Positions 41,604 through 51,875 of a stretch of 64,000 nucleotides of DNA are shown in pieces. Positions within the stretch are counted from its first letter, which is position 1. Each line of letters opens with the position of its first letter. The notes beneath the pieces are model-generated. The model saw only the letters and a list, made by a program, of their open reading frames with translations, had not been told where the DNA came from and did not search any database. Source of the DNA: Candidatus Oxydemutatoraceae bacterium (GTDB lineage: Bacteria; Pseudomonadota; Gammaproteobacteria; Poriferisulfidales; Oxydemutatoraceae); assembly GCA_965220085.1 (NCBI GenBank), contig CBDCOZ010000003.1, positions 1,184,001-1,248,000 of the forward strand, in the 5' to 3' direction. The position numbers and the translations under genes are program-made.

Positions 41604-42764
41604 ATGAAAACAGTACATAGAATGTTGAGTTTTGAATTGCCCGGAGGCCAATCAGCCTTTCTGTGGGGGCCGCGCAAAACCGGTAAATCCACCTGGCTTA
41701 AACAGACATTCCCCGACAGTATCGTCTTTGATTTTCTGAAGACGGATGTTGCTTTTGACTACATCAGAAACCCTGCGCTGGTACGCGAGCGATTATACCC
41801 GGTTATGGAGCAAGCTCTTGCCGCACCTGTCATCTTGGATGAAGTGCAAAAAATCCCCGCAATACTTGATGAAGTACATTGGCTTATTGAGAATGAAGGG
41901 CTGCGTTTTATTCTGTGCGGATCGAGCGCGCGGAAATTGAAAAGAGGACAAGCAAATCTGCTTGGCGGTCGGGCCTGGCGGTATGAGATGTTTCCGTTTG
42001 TCTATCCCGAACTCAAAGATGCGAACCTGTTGCAAATTCTCAACCATGGGCTGATTCCTTCACATTACTTGCAGCAGAACTATCGGCAATCTCTGCGGGC
42101 ATATGTGAGGGACTATCTCAAGGAAGAAGTATTCAACGAAGGGTTAATCAGGAACATTACCGCCTTCTCCCGCTTTTTTGAAGCGATGGGATATAGCCAT
42201 GGGGAGCTGGTCAATTATGCGAGCATTGGGAGAGACTGCGGCATGGACTCCAAGTCAGTAAAAGAGTATTTCCAGATTCTGGTTGACACCTTGCTCGGGA
42301 CTTACGTCACACCATTCAAAAAAAGACAGCACCGGCAAGTCATAAGCAAGGCACCAAAGTTTTATCTCTTTGATGTCGGCGTCGCCGGACAATTACAAAA
42401 TCGCAAGATTGACGAAGCGCGCGGCGAGCATTTCGGCAGAGCATTAGAGCACTACATATTCATGGAGATTAATGCGCATCGCGCGTATCAAGACCTTCAT
42501 TATGAAATTAATTTTTGGAGGACAAAAACAGGGCTTGAAGTAGACTTCATTTTGGCAAATGGCGAAGTCGCAGTGGAGGTGAAGGGCAGCAACCGCATAG
42601 ATAATCACGACCTGAAGTCAATTCGTGCCTTCCAAAACGAGCACAAAGCGAAGTTTGCAATTGTAGTCGCTAACGAGAAGCAGGAACGCAAGGTCGGGGA
42701 TATTACTATTTTGCCGTGGCAGGTCTTCCTCGACCGGCTATGGAGCGGGAAAATACTGAGCTAG
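41604..42764 (+). CDS. AAA+ ATPase with DUF4143 / nuclease-like C-terminus
   Basis: GPRKTGKST, ILDEVQK, CGSSARKL, PKFYLFDVG and EVDF...AVEVK motifs; AGGAGG RBS. Confidence 0.88.
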   Translation: MKTVHRMLSFELPGGQSAFLWGPRKTGKSTWLKQTFPDSIVFDFLKTDVAFDYIRNPALVRERLYPVMEQALAAPVILDEVQKIPAILDEVHWLIENEGLRFILCGSSARKLKRGQANLLGGRAWRYEMFPFVYPELKDANLLQILNHGLIPSHYLQQNYRQSLRAYVRDYLKEEVFNEGLIRNITAFSRFFEAMGYSHGELVNYASIGRDCGMDSKSVKEYFQILVDTLLGTYVTPFKKRQHRQVISKAPKFYLFDVGVAGQLQNRKIDEARGEHFGRALEHYIFMEINAHRAYQDLHYEINFWRTKTGLEVDFILANGEVAVEVKGSNRIDNHDLKSIRAFQNEHKAKFAIVVANEKQERKVGDITILPWQVFLDRLWSGKILS

Positions 42765-42789
42765 TAGGCATCGTTGAAAGGGGAGTGCA

Positions 42790-42960
42790 ACGAACACCTC
42801 CCTCGCGGGAGGGGTGCTCGCACCAAGTGCAGAGTCTGAGCCGTAGGCAAAAAGTGATGCAACGGAGAGGGGGAAACACTTGCACTAAGAAAGCTGAAAG
42901 CACACCCCCTCTCCGGCTCGCCTGCGGCTTGCCGACTCCCCACGAGGGGGGAGTAGGGAA
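42790..42960 (-). repeat. REP-like cluster, reverse orientation
   Basis: The reverse complement matches units at 44985-45410. Confidence 0.8.
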
Positions 42961-43009
42961 TGGTGCGAAGTGTTTCCCCGCCAGCGTAGCGTTGCTACGC
43001 TGACCCTCC

Positions 43010-43480
43010 CGCAGATTGTAGTTTTTGCGGTCTGCGGCAGTATGTGCAAATTTTGCACACACTGAATCTTGCCAGAGTTCTTTGGAGTCAAATATGCTTT
43101 TCAGGCGCTTGGTGATGGCATACCCTTGAATTGCAAATTTTCGGAGTGCTTGCGTCGCCCATTGGCGGAATTGGGCGGCGCGTCTGGAATTGACGCGGTA
43201 GCCTACGGATATGATGGCATCCAGATTGTAGTAGTTGGTGTTGTAGGTTTTGCCGTCTGCGGCAGTTATCCGGAATTTCCGGATAACTGAATCTTCTTGC
43301 AATTCATCGCTTGCGAGTATGTTTTGCAGGTGCTCGCTGACAGTACGCACATCCGCATCAAACAACTCCGCCATTAACTTTTGCGTCAGCCAGGTGGTTT
43401 CATCTTCGTAGCGCGCTTCTATGTCGTCTTCGCCGGCTTGCCGGGTAAAAATCAGAAACTCGGCGGTGCTACTGCGGATG
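43010..43480 (-). pseudogene. Fragments of RhuM-like (virulence RhuM family) genes
   Basis: IRSSTAEFLIF...TWLTQKLMAELF...YNLDAIISVGYRVNS.RA.QFRQWAT, then a second partial copy (DSVCAKFAHTAAD) running into a REP element. Confidence 0.8.
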
Positions 43481-43521
43481 GTCGGGCAGACCGATGACTG
43501 CATCCAGCAGGTTGTCATCAA

Positions 43522-43645
43522 TCAGCGGTTGTACGCATCGGCACTGGCTTCCTCAGCACCCCACTTGTCGAGAGAAAAGGGCGGATTGGCGATGATGTTG
43601 TCGAACTTCATCAGGGCGTTGTCTTCTACCAAGGCAGGGCTCTTG
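43522..43645 (-). pseudogene. Internal fragment of a type I RM methyltransferase (hsdM-like)
   Basis: SPALVEDNALMKFDNIIANPPFSLDKWGAEEA contains the NPPF catalytic motif; no proper gene start or end. Confidence 0.75.
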
Positions 43646-43722
43646 GCTATAAGGAGTCGTCAAGCATAGCGCACCGGAGAAGGGAGCGATAATATCGTGC
43701 AAGAGTTTCCAAACTCTGCCAC

Positions 43723-44064
43723 CTATTTCTTTTTAGTCTTTTTGGCAGAGGTGGTTCTTTTCGTTCTCCTCGTTATATGGGATCCCGCTTGTGAGCCAAG
43801 CTCCATGAACTCAATGACATCCTCCTGCACGGAGTAGGCATAGAGGATACGAAGCGATGACCCTTTCAAGGTGCGGCAAAACAGCCGGGATTTGATAAGG
43901 CACACAGCATCATCAGTTTGTGTGAGGCAGCGGGAGTGCTTGCTACCTCGCGGACGAACAGAAAGTACCGCCCGAAACGTTTTCAGGGCCTCGGCTAATG
44001 AGTCGTACTTCTTAGCTAGGCGTTTATAGTCGGCTTGAAATTTGGAGCATTCGTTAAACTGCAT
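43723..44064 (-). CDS. Putative RelE/ParE-like toxin, C-terminus possibly disrupted
   Basis: Basic ~113-aa ORF with F..DYKRLAKKY.SL and LRILYAY; overlaps the upstream antitoxin stop by 11 bp. Confidence 0.5.
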   Translation of the reverse strand: MQFNECSKFQADYKRLAKKYDSLAEALKTFRAVLSVRPRGSKHSRCLTQTDDAVCLIKSRLFCRTLKGSSLRILYAYSVQEDVIEFMELGSQAGSHITRRTKRTTSAKKTKKK

Positions 44065-44821
44065 CGCGATAACTTCTCGCGGAGTATTTCTCGTCACGGT
44101 AAAAAACACTTTCGTAAGCGAGCGCTTGGCCATATTCCGCGGATAACCAGGGGATGTCTCCGTGCGCATGGTTTTCTATCTCTTTGTCACTCTTGTCCGA
44201 TAGGCGCGCCAGCACCGCATCGATATGTTCTTTGTCACGCGCAGAGAAGGCGCTTAGATCAGAATTCTTTTGTGGAAGATATTTCTTCTGCGTGTAGTTA
44301 TGATATTTAGTCTTGACGACTTTAATCTCTTCTTGCTCTTGCATCTCTCTCAGAATAGCCCCTAAATCAACCGAGGTCGGGCCGTGATGGTTCTTGATAT
44401 AAGTAGCCCCCATCAGGTTTTCTTCAAACTTTTCATAGTAGTCAAAGTCGATGAAGTAGAGCAGTTTGTGCAGGACAGTTTCGCCAACATTCGGTTTGGC
44501 GCCCACTTTAATCAGCACATAGAGGATGACTTGCTTGAACTTGTCCAAGTCTTTGGCAAGAACGCGGATGTGCAATGCCTTTTGCTTTTTTCGTGATGCC
44601 TTCTCAATCGTTACTCTACGCTTGGTTTCCTCTTCATTGAGAAAATCCTGTAACGGGATATCAAAGACCGCTGCCAGCCTCTTCGCTTCGGATATGGTGA
44701 GCTCTCTCTTACCGCTTTCAATCTGCGTATATGTCGGGCGCGATATGCGAAGCTCTGTCGCCAGCTCTTTTTGCGTTATCTCTTTTTTAGTACGTTGTTT
44801 GCGGATGAACTCTCCAAGCAT
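44054..44821 (-). CDS. XRE helix-turn-helix fused to a Panacea/SocA (DUF4065)-like antitoxin domain
   Basis: TQKELATELRISRPTYTQIESGKR HTH; LHKLLYFIDF, HGP and HGDIPW motifs; AGGAGG RBS. Confidence 0.8.
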   Translation of the reverse strand: MLGEFIRKQRTKKEITQKELATELRISRPTYTQIESGKRELTISEAKRLAAVFDIPLQDFLNEEETKRRVTIEKASRKKQKALHIRVLAKDLDKFKQVILYVLIKVGAKPNVGETVLHKLLYFIDFDYYEKFEENLMGATYIKNHHGPTSVDLGAILREMQEQEEIKVVKTKYHNYTQKKYLPQKNSDLSAFSARDKEHIDAVLARLSDKSDKEIENHAHGDIPWLSAEYGQALAYESVFYRDEKYSARSYRDAV

Positions 44822-44984
44822 CTCCAGCCTCCTTGAAAAGTATGATTGATAATGTTTATATAACTTACATCATAAATGTAAATATTTCAAACCTTATGCA
44901 AACGCCGGCTTAGGCAGCGCGATTATGCGGGACACTTGCACTATGCATCGCTCCACCCTCGTAGAAGAGTGCTTGCACCGTACA

Positions 44985-45410
44985 TCACTCCCCCCTTGCG
45001 GGGGAGTCGGCAAGCCAAGGGGCTGACTAGCAGGCGGCTTGGCGGTAGCCACTCCGGCACTCTCCTCTCGCACTATCCCCGCAGGCGCGCCGGAGAGGGG
45101 GAGAGTTTCATACCCGCACTAATGTTGTGCAAGCTGGAAGCTTTCCCCCTCTCCGTTGCGTCGCCTTTTGCATACGGCTCCTCTGTACTTCGTGCGAGCA
45201 CCCCTCCCGCAAGGGGAGAGTAATGGTTAGCTTAGTGCAAGTGTTTCCCCCTCTCCGCATCGTCCTTCGCCTGCGGCTCGGTCTCTGCACTTGGTGCAAA
45301 CTAGAAACTTTCCCACAAGGAATATTAGTAGTGGAACAATTCTCCCGCAAGGGGAGAGTGATGTTGGCTAGGTGTGAGCACCCCTCCCGCGAGGGGGGAG
45401 AGTGACGCGC
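44985..45410. repeat. REP-like cluster
   Basis: Full-length CACTCCCCCTTGCGGGGGAGTCGGCAAGCC...CCGGAGAGGGGGAG followed by several CTCCCGCAAGGGGAGAG hairpins. Confidence 0.85.
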
Positions 45411-45469
45411 ACTGACGGTGTGCAGGGTATTCGTGTCGGTTTCGGATATACTACGACTCTCACAGAACA

Positions 45470-46849
45470 ATGACTAAATACCGCACAGAAAAAGACAGCA
45501 TGGGGGAGGTGAAGGTTCCTTCCGATATGCTCTACGGCGCACAGACTCAGCGTGCCGTAGACAACTTTCACATCAGCGGCGTGCCGATGCCGGAGCAATT
45601 CATTCACGCACTCGGCTTGATTAAACTCTGTGCCGCTGATGCGAACAAGCAACTCGGCTTGCTCGCGGATGATTTGGCACAGGCGATTATTGCCGCCGCC
45701 ACTCAGGTCGCCGACGGTCAATACGATGCGCATTTCCCGATCGATGTGTTTCAAACCGGTTCGGGGACTAGTTCCAATATGAATGCCAACGAGGTGATCG
45801 CAAAGGTTGCGGCACAGGATTCTGGCCTTGAAATTCACCCTAATGACCACGTCAATATGAGCCAAAGCTCCAATGATGTCGTGCCGACTGCCATCCACAT
45901 CAGCGCGTGTATGGCACTGGCGCACGATTTACTGCCAGCACTGGCGCACCTGATTGGCGTGATTGACGAGAAGGCCGCAACGCTGGATGACAAAGTCACG
46001 ACCGGCAGGACGCATTTGATGGATGCGATGCCGGTGACGCTGGGGCAGGTGCTTGGGGGTTGGAAGAAACAATTGGAATACGGCGAGCAACGAATTCATA
46101 ATGCACTGGAGCGGCTGCGTGAGTTGGCGCAGGGAGGCACGGCGGTCGGCAGCGGGATTAATTGCCCCCCGGAATTCCCGCAGTTGTTCTGTGCTGCATT
46201 GGCGCAAAAAACGCAGGTTGAATTTGTCACTAAACCGGATAAGTTTGAGGCTTTGAGTGCGCAGGATGCGGCGGTGGAATGTAGCGGTCAGCTGAAGACG
46301 CTGGCAGTCGGTATTATGAAAATAGCGAATGATTTGCGCTGGATGAACTCAGGGCCGCTGGCGGGGATTGGCGAGATTGCATTGCCGGCGCTACAGCCCG
46401 GCAGCAGTATCATGCCGGGTAAGGTTAATCCGGTCATACCGGAAGCGACGGCGATGGCGGCGATGCAGGTCATCGGTAACGATACGGCAATTACGGTAGC
46501 GGGGCAGTCGGGTAATTTTCAGCTTAATGTGACGCTACCGCTCATTGCGCATAACTTGTTGCAAAGCATCAAGCTGCTGAAGAATAGTTGTATTGCGCTT
46601 GCCGACAAAGCGATTAAGGATTTTAGCGTTAACGATCAGGTGCTTGCCGATGCACTGCAACGCAACCCGATTTTAGTCACCGGGCTCAACCGCATCATCG
46701 GCTATGAGAAGGGTGCGGCCATCGCAAAACGTGCCTACAAAGAGCAGCGGCCAATCCTTGATGTTGTGCTTGAGGAAACCGACCTAAGTCGTGAAGAGGC
46801 CGAGAAGCTTTTGGACCCGCTTGCCTTGACGCAAAGTCAAAATAAGTAG
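45470..46849 (+). CDS. fumC: Class II fumarate hydratase
   Basis: RTEKDSMG, QTGSGTSSNMN, GRTHLMDA and GSSIMPGKVNP motifs. Confidence 0.97.
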   Translation: MTKYRTEKDSMGEVKVPSDMLYGAQTQRAVDNFHISGVPMPEQFIHALGLIKLCAADANKQLGLLADDLAQAIIAAATQVADGQYDAHFPIDVFQTGSGTSSNMNANEVIAKVAAQDSGLEIHPNDHVNMSQSSNDVVPTAIHISACMALAHDLLPALAHLIGVIDEKAATLDDKVTTGRTHLMDAMPVTLGQVLGGWKKQLEYGEQRIHNALERLRELAQGGTAVGSGINCPPEFPQLFCAALAQKTQVEFVTKPDKFEALSAQDAAVECSGQLKTLAVGIMKIANDLRWMNSGPLAGIGEIALPALQPGSSIMPGKVNPVIPEATAMAAMQVIGNDTAITVAGQSGNFQLNVTLPLIAHNLLQSIKLLKNSCIALADKAIKDFSVNDQVLADALQRNPILVTGLNRIIGYEKGAAIAKRAYKEQRPILDVVLEETDLSREEAEKLLDPLALTQSQNK

Positions 46850-46978
46850 ATATTTTAGCCGAGTCGTCAGGCAAGGATGATTATCTAGGTAGCCCTCTGC
46901 AGGAATCGCAGAAGCCGAGCCGTCATCCGCCACATATTCCGTATAATCCCCGTAGCTAATATCCTCAATATCTTAAAT

Positions 46979-47833
46979 ATGTTGAATACGAAACTTGCTC
47001 GACTATTTATCCATCATTGCCTGAGCGACATTAAAAATCGCCACTATCGTGCTTTTCCGGATATCTGCACGCTCATACAAAGTTCACTACACAGACCTTA
47101 TGCTCCGCGAGAACTGCTTCACAGTGCAATCAACCGCCGATTGATCTATATCAGAATCTACAAATCTGCAAGCACGACTATATACGATTGGATACAACCA
47201 AGCCAAATTCATCCTCTGGAAAATTATTTTCAGCAGATTGCCCGCATTTTACTCTTTCGTCGGAAATGGGGAAATACAGACAAAATCCTTGCCGCACATT
47301 TTCAAAAGTCAGAAACACCTTTTCTTTTCAGTTTTGTCAGAAATCCTTTTATTCGCCATGTTTCCTGCTATAAGGATAGGGTGCTTCGCTATCAAGAGAG
47401 CAAGCAACATAGCACGAATAAGTTACCGACAAAAAATAAATTACTCTTGTGCAATATTTATCCAATCTTGCCTCTTTTGTCCTCTTTTGAAGTCTTCACA
47501 TTGGCAGTTGCCTCTACACCTGACTACTATGCGAACGAACATATCAAATCACAATATGCTACTTTGTATGAAAACGGCAATCTCTTACCTGACTATGTCG
47601 GCAAAGTAGAAAACTTTAATCATGATGCGCGTTACCTCTGCGAGCAATTTAACCTACCCTCTCCCAAAAAATTAAACGCTTCGTTGCCATACGACTATCG
47701 TGCGTTCTACACACTGGAAACGGTTGAACTGGTTGCGAAACGCTATGCTTCGGATATTCAGGCATTTGGTTACGAGGGAGAACTGAAAGCATTGCGGCAA
47801 TATATTGCGAAAGGATATTCTAAAGATAAATAA
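46979..47833 (+). CDS. Sulfotransferase family 2 protein
   Basis: IYIRIYKSASTT (5'-PSB-like), FSFVRNPFIR.VS.Y (3'-PB-like) and YASDIQAFGY; AT-rich. Confidence 0.8.
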   Translation: MLNTKLARLFIHHCLSDIKNRHYRAFPDICTLIQSSLHRPYAPRELLHSAINRRLIYIRIYKSASTTIYDWIQPSQIHPLENYFQQIARILLFRRKWGNTDKILAAHFQKSETPFLFSFVRNPFIRHVSCYKDRVLRYQESKQHSTNKLPTKNKLLLCNIYPILPLLSSFEVFTLAVASTPDYYANEHIKSQYATLYENGNLLPDYVGKVENFNHDARYLCEQFNLPSPKKLNASLPYDYRAFYTLETVELVAKRYASDIQAFGYEGELKALRQYIAKGYSKDK

Positions 47834-47874
47834 AACATGGAGCCCTACAGGGGAGTGGCGTATTGTGCAAGCTA

Positions 47875-47930
47875 TGTCCCCCCTCTCCGGTTCGCTGCGC
47901 TCGCCGACTCTCCCGCGAGGGGAGAGTGCT
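47875..47930 (-). repeat. REP-like element between convergent genes
   Basis: CCCCCTCTCCGG...GCCGACTCTCCCGCGAGGGGAGAGTG. Confidence 0.75.
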
Positions 47931-47950
47931 GGTTAGCTTGGTGCAGGGAA

Positions 47951-50584
47951 TTAAGCGGCGAGTTGCTGGATGACGTATTGCAAGATGCCACCGTGTTGCA
48001 GGTACTCTAACTCACGCGGTGTGTCTATTCGCACCAGTGCGGTGAAGCTACGGGTATTGCCACTGTCATCGGTGGCGTGCACTTCAACCGTGCTGCCCGG
48101 TGCGGTGACATCTCCTATCGTGAAGGTTTCCTCTCCGCTCAGCTTAAGTGAGTCAACGCTGTCGCCCGAATTAAACTGCAACGGCAGGATGCCCATGCCA
48201 ATCAGGTTAGAACGGTGAATCCGTTCGAAGCTCTCGGCGATGACGGCGCGCACACCTTGGAGCATCGGGCCTTTTGCCGCCCAGTCGCGCGATGAACCAC
48301 TGCCGTACTCTTTGCCGGCGAGAATGATGACCGGTGTGGACTCTTCCGCATAGCGCATGGCCGCATCGTAGATTGCCATTTGCTCGCCGGATGGCAAGTG
48401 GCGGGTGTAACCGCCTTCAACCCCGGGCACGAGGCGGTTGCGTAAGCGGATGTTGGCAAAGGTTCCGCGCATCATGACTTCGTGGTTGCCGCGACGCGAG
48501 CCGTAGGAATTGAAGTCCACAACCTCAACACCGTGTTCTTGCAGGTAGCGTCCGGCAGGGCTGTCCGGTGCAATAGATCCGGCGGGCGATATGTGATCGG
48601 TCGTTACCGAATCACCCAGCACGGCGAGCGCTCTGGCATTTTCAATACCTTCGGGCTTTGCTTCCTGCATATTTTTGAAGTAGGGCGGGTGTGCGATGTA
48701 TGTCGATTCGGGCCACGGGTATAACTCGCCCGTATCCGCTTTGAGCTTGCGCCAATCATCGGTGCCGGCATAAATCTCATCGTAGGTCTTACGGAATTGG
48801 GTCTTATCCAATGCGCTGTGCAACAAAGAATCGACTTCGGCATTGCTCGGCCATATGTCTTTGAGATATACCGGCTTGCCGTCGGCATCCTCGCCAATGG
48901 CGTCGTTATACAAGTCAATGTCAACCGTCCCGGCAAGGGCGTAGGCGACGACCAGCGGTGGCGAAGCGAGGTAGTTCATTTTAACTTCCGCATGCACACG
49001 ACCTTCAAAGTTGCGGTTACCGGATAGCACCGAGGTTGCGGTCAAGTCGGCGGCAGAGATTGCAGCGGATACTTCTTTGGGCAAAGGGCCTGAGTTGCCG
49101 ATGCAGGTCGTGCAACCATAGCCGACGACATGAAAGCCCAGTGTGTTGAGAGAATCCAGCAGATTGCTTTTCTCCAGATATTCGGTGACAACGCGGGAGC
49201 CGGGTGCCAGCGAGGTTTTGACCCACGGCTTGACTTTGAGACCGCGCGCCGCGGCTTTTTGTGCGACCAACCCGGCGGCCAACATGACCGACGGGTTGGA
49301 TGTATTCGTGCACGATGTGATTGCGGCAATGGCGATGAAGCCATCGTTCAAAGTGTGTTGCTCGTTGTTCAGGGAGACGCTCGCCTGTTTGCTTGCCTGT
49401 CCGTCGTTGATTGCGGCGAGATCTTTGGCAAAGCTTTCTTTGACTTGCTCCAGCGGGATGCGATCCTGAGGCCGCTTAGGTCCGGCCAGACAGGGTTTGA
49501 CTGTGCCAAGATCAAGTGACAGCGTCTCATCGTAGTCGGCTTGCACATTGTCATCGCGCCAGAGGTTGGTCGCTTTGGCATATTGCTCGACGAGGGCAAT
49601 CTGTTGTTCGTCCCGTCCGCTCAAGCGCAGGTAGTTGATGGTTTCATCATCAATCGGGAAGATGCCGCAGCTAGCACCGTATTCCGGAGCCATATTAGCG
49701 ATTGTCGCACGGTCACCAAGCGTCAGGTGCTCCAAGCCCGGGCCATAGAATTCAACGAATTTGCCGACGACGCCGTGCTTGCGCAGTTGCTCCACAATCG
49801 TCAGTACCAGGTCGGTCGCAGTTGTACCTTCGGGCAAATTGCCATCCAGTTTGAATCCGACTACCGAAGGTATCAACATGGAGATCGGTTGTCCCAGCAG
49901 CGAGGCTTCCGCCTCAATGCCGCCGACACCCCAGCCGAGTATGCCCGCGCCGTTAATCATTGTCGTATGAGAATCGGTGCCGACCAGTGTGTCGGGGAAG
50001 GCCACCTGTCCGTCCTGCGTCTTTTGCGTGAAGACGACACGCCCCAGATACTCCAGGTTGACCTGGTGGACGATGCCCGATCCCGGAGGGATGACTTGAA
50101 AGTTAGAGAAGGTCTCCTGACCCCATTTGAGGAAATGATAGCGCTCCCGATTGCGCGAAAATTCTATCTTGGTATTCAAGTCCAGCGAGTCGGCGTTGCC
50201 GAATTTATCCACCTGAACCGAGTGGTCTATGACCAGTTCGGCGGGTTGCAGAGGGTTTACCTTCATCGGGTCTTTACCCAGTTGTGCCATCGCATCACGC
50301 ATTGCCGCAAGGTCTGCGACCACCGGTACGCCGGTGAAATCCTGCAATAGGACTCGCGCCGGGCGGTAGGCGATCTCGCGCTTCTCGCCGCCTTTGCGCT
50401 TCAGCAAGGCTTCAATGTCGCTGCGGCTTACGGTTACGTCGTCTTCGTAACGCAGTAAATTCTCCAGCAGGATTTTCAATGAGTAGGGCAGGCTGTGAGA
50501 TGCCTCAATCGCACTGCCGTCGTAGATGGAATATGTCTGTCCATTGACTTCAAATGGTTTTTTGGTGTTAAAGCTATTTAGCAT
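47951..50584 (-). CDS. acnA: Aconitate hydratase A
   Basis: QDFTGVP, GTDSHT, ITSCTNTSNP, GCTTCIGNSG and GSSRDWAAKG motifs. Confidence 0.98.
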   Translation of the reverse strand: MLNSFNTKKPFEVNGQTYSIYDGSAIEASHSLPYSLKILLENLLRYEDDVTVSRSDIEALLKRKGGEKREIAYRPARVLLQDFTGVPVVADLAAMRDAMAQLGKDPMKVNPLQPAELVIDHSVQVDKFGNADSLDLNTKIEFSRNRERYHFLKWGQETFSNFQVIPPGSGIVHQVNLEYLGRVVFTQKTQDGQVAFPDTLVGTDSHTTMINGAGILGWGVGGIEAEASLLGQPISMLIPSVVGFKLDGNLPEGTTATDLVLTIVEQLRKHGVVGKFVEFYGPGLEHLTLGDRATIANMAPEYGASCGIFPIDDETINYLRLSGRDEQQIALVEQYAKATNLWRDDNVQADYDETLSLDLGTVKPCLAGPKRPQDRIPLEQVKESFAKDLAAINDGQASKQASVSLNNEQHTLNDGFIAIAAITSCTNTSNPSVMLAAGLVAQKAAARGLKVKPWVKTSLAPGSRVVTEYLEKSNLLDSLNTLGFHVVGYGCTTCIGNSGPLPKEVSAAISAADLTATSVLSGNRNFEGRVHAEVKMNYLASPPLVVAYALAGTVDIDLYNDAIGEDADGKPVYLKDIWPSNAEVDSLLHSALDKTQFRKTYDEIYAGTDDWRKLKADTGELYPWPESTYIAHPPYFKNMQEAKPEGIENARALAVLGDSVTTDHISPAGSIAPDSPAGRYLQEHGVEVVDFNSYGSRRGNHEVMMRGTFANIRLRNRLVPGVEGGYTRHLPSGEQMAIYDAAMRYAEESTPVIILAGKEYGSGSSRDWAAKGPMLQGVRAVIAESFERIHRSNLIGMGILPLQFNSGDSVDSLKLSGEETFTIGDVTAPGSTVEVHATDDSGNTRSFTALVRIDTPRELEYLQHGGILQYVIQQLAA

Positions 50585-50645
50585 GGTATTGTACCTATCT
50601 AGTTATAATTTCATTATTTATTACGAGTTTTTAGAGCCTGACTCC

Positions 50646-51722
50646 TCAGGCGGAAGCGGTAATTATACCACCACCCAAGCATTCTCGGTCACGATAGAAG
50701 ACAACTGCCTGCCCGGGAGTGATCGACCGTTGCGGGCGGTCAAAATAAACCTGCGCCCGCTGGGCGCCGGAAAATTCTATGGAACATTGCTGATCGGCCT
50801 GCCGGTAGCGGATTTTACAACTCAGTTTTTCGCCATCGGCGGGCGTGTCGGCAATCCAATGCAAACTGTTTGCCCGCAGGCTTTCGCCGAACAGGAGAGG
50901 GTGGTCGTTGCTCTGTACCACCGTGACCGTATTGGCGCGGACATCTTTGCGCGCGACATACCACGGCAATTCGCCGCGCTCGCTCAAGCCGCCGATGCCG
51001 AGTCCCTGACGCTGGCCTATCGTGTAATACCAGCAGCCGTCGTGTTGGCCGATGACAGCGCCGTGCTCATCAAGGATATCGCCTTTCTCGGGGGGCAGGT
51101 AGCGGGCGAGAAAATCGCGGAAGCGATGGCTGCCGATAAAGCAGATACCGGTGCTGTCTTTTCGCGCATGGCAGTCAAAACCCGCTTGACGCGCTATGTC
51201 CCGCGCTTGGGATTTCTCCATATCCGCCAACGGGAACAGCGAGTGACGCAAGCCTTCTTGTCCGATCAGGTGCAGGAAGTATGACTGGTCCTTGTTGGCA
51301 TCGCGCCCGCGCAACAGGCGCCAACAGGCGCCCCTTCTTTCCGCGCCGACGTAATGTCCGGTCGCTATCTTTTCCGCGCCGAGACTCTTGGCGCGCTCCA
51401 GAAACGTTTTGAACTTTATCTCGCGGTTGCAATACACGTCCGGGTTCGGAGTTTGCCCGCGGCGATACCCTTCGAGAAAATGCTCAAACACATCCTCCCA
51501 ATAGCGGTCGGAGAAGTTCGCGGTATGCAAAGTTATGCCGAGCGTATCGGCGACCTGACGGGCGGACTCCAGATCCTCGCGGGCGTTGCAACCGTCGCTG
51601 TCATCCTCTTCCCAGTTTTTCATGAACAGCCCGGCAACCTCGTGGCCTTGCCGCTGCAACAGCAGGGCGGCGGTCGCCGAATCTACGCCGCCAGAGAGGC
51701 CGATGATCACTCTGTGCCTCAT
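50646..51722 (-). CDS. mnmA: tRNA 2-thiouridylase
   Basis: SGGVDS, TPNPDVYCNREIKF, KDQSYFL, DSTGICFIG and TPGQ motifs. The start could be TTG 51761. Confidence 0.97.
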   Translation of the reverse strand: MRHRVIIGLSGGVDSATAALLLQRQGHEVAGLFMKNWEEDDSDGCNAREDLESARQVADTLGITLHTANFSDRYWEDVFEHFLEGYRRGQTPNPDVYCNREIKFKTFLERAKSLGAEKIATGHYVGAERRGACWRLLRGRDANKDQSYFLHLIGQEGLRHSLFPLADMEKSQARDIARQAGFDCHARKDSTGICFIGSHRFRDFLARYLPPEKGDILDEHGAVIGQHDGCWYYTIGQRQGLGIGGLSERGELPWYVARKDVRANTVTVVQSNDHPLLFGESLRANSLHWIADTPADGEKLSCKIRYRQADQQCSIEFSGAQRAQVYFDRPQRSITPGQAVVFYRDRECLGGGIITASA

Positions 51723-51875
51723 GTCAATGCGCTCCCGCCAAGGGTCGGTTTTTGTTGTCAAAAGTATTCATTTGTCTAAGCCGCCTGCGGGCAAAGTTTG
51801 TCAATAATTATCAAATCGGGGCAAATGTGGTAAATATAATATGGCAAATATAATACCGTATCCGGATCATTACAA

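Noticed and set aside
42706-43521. Intact 271-aa RhuM gene
   Set aside because: Homology covers only fragments, and the last third of the ORF is translated REP-like sequence.
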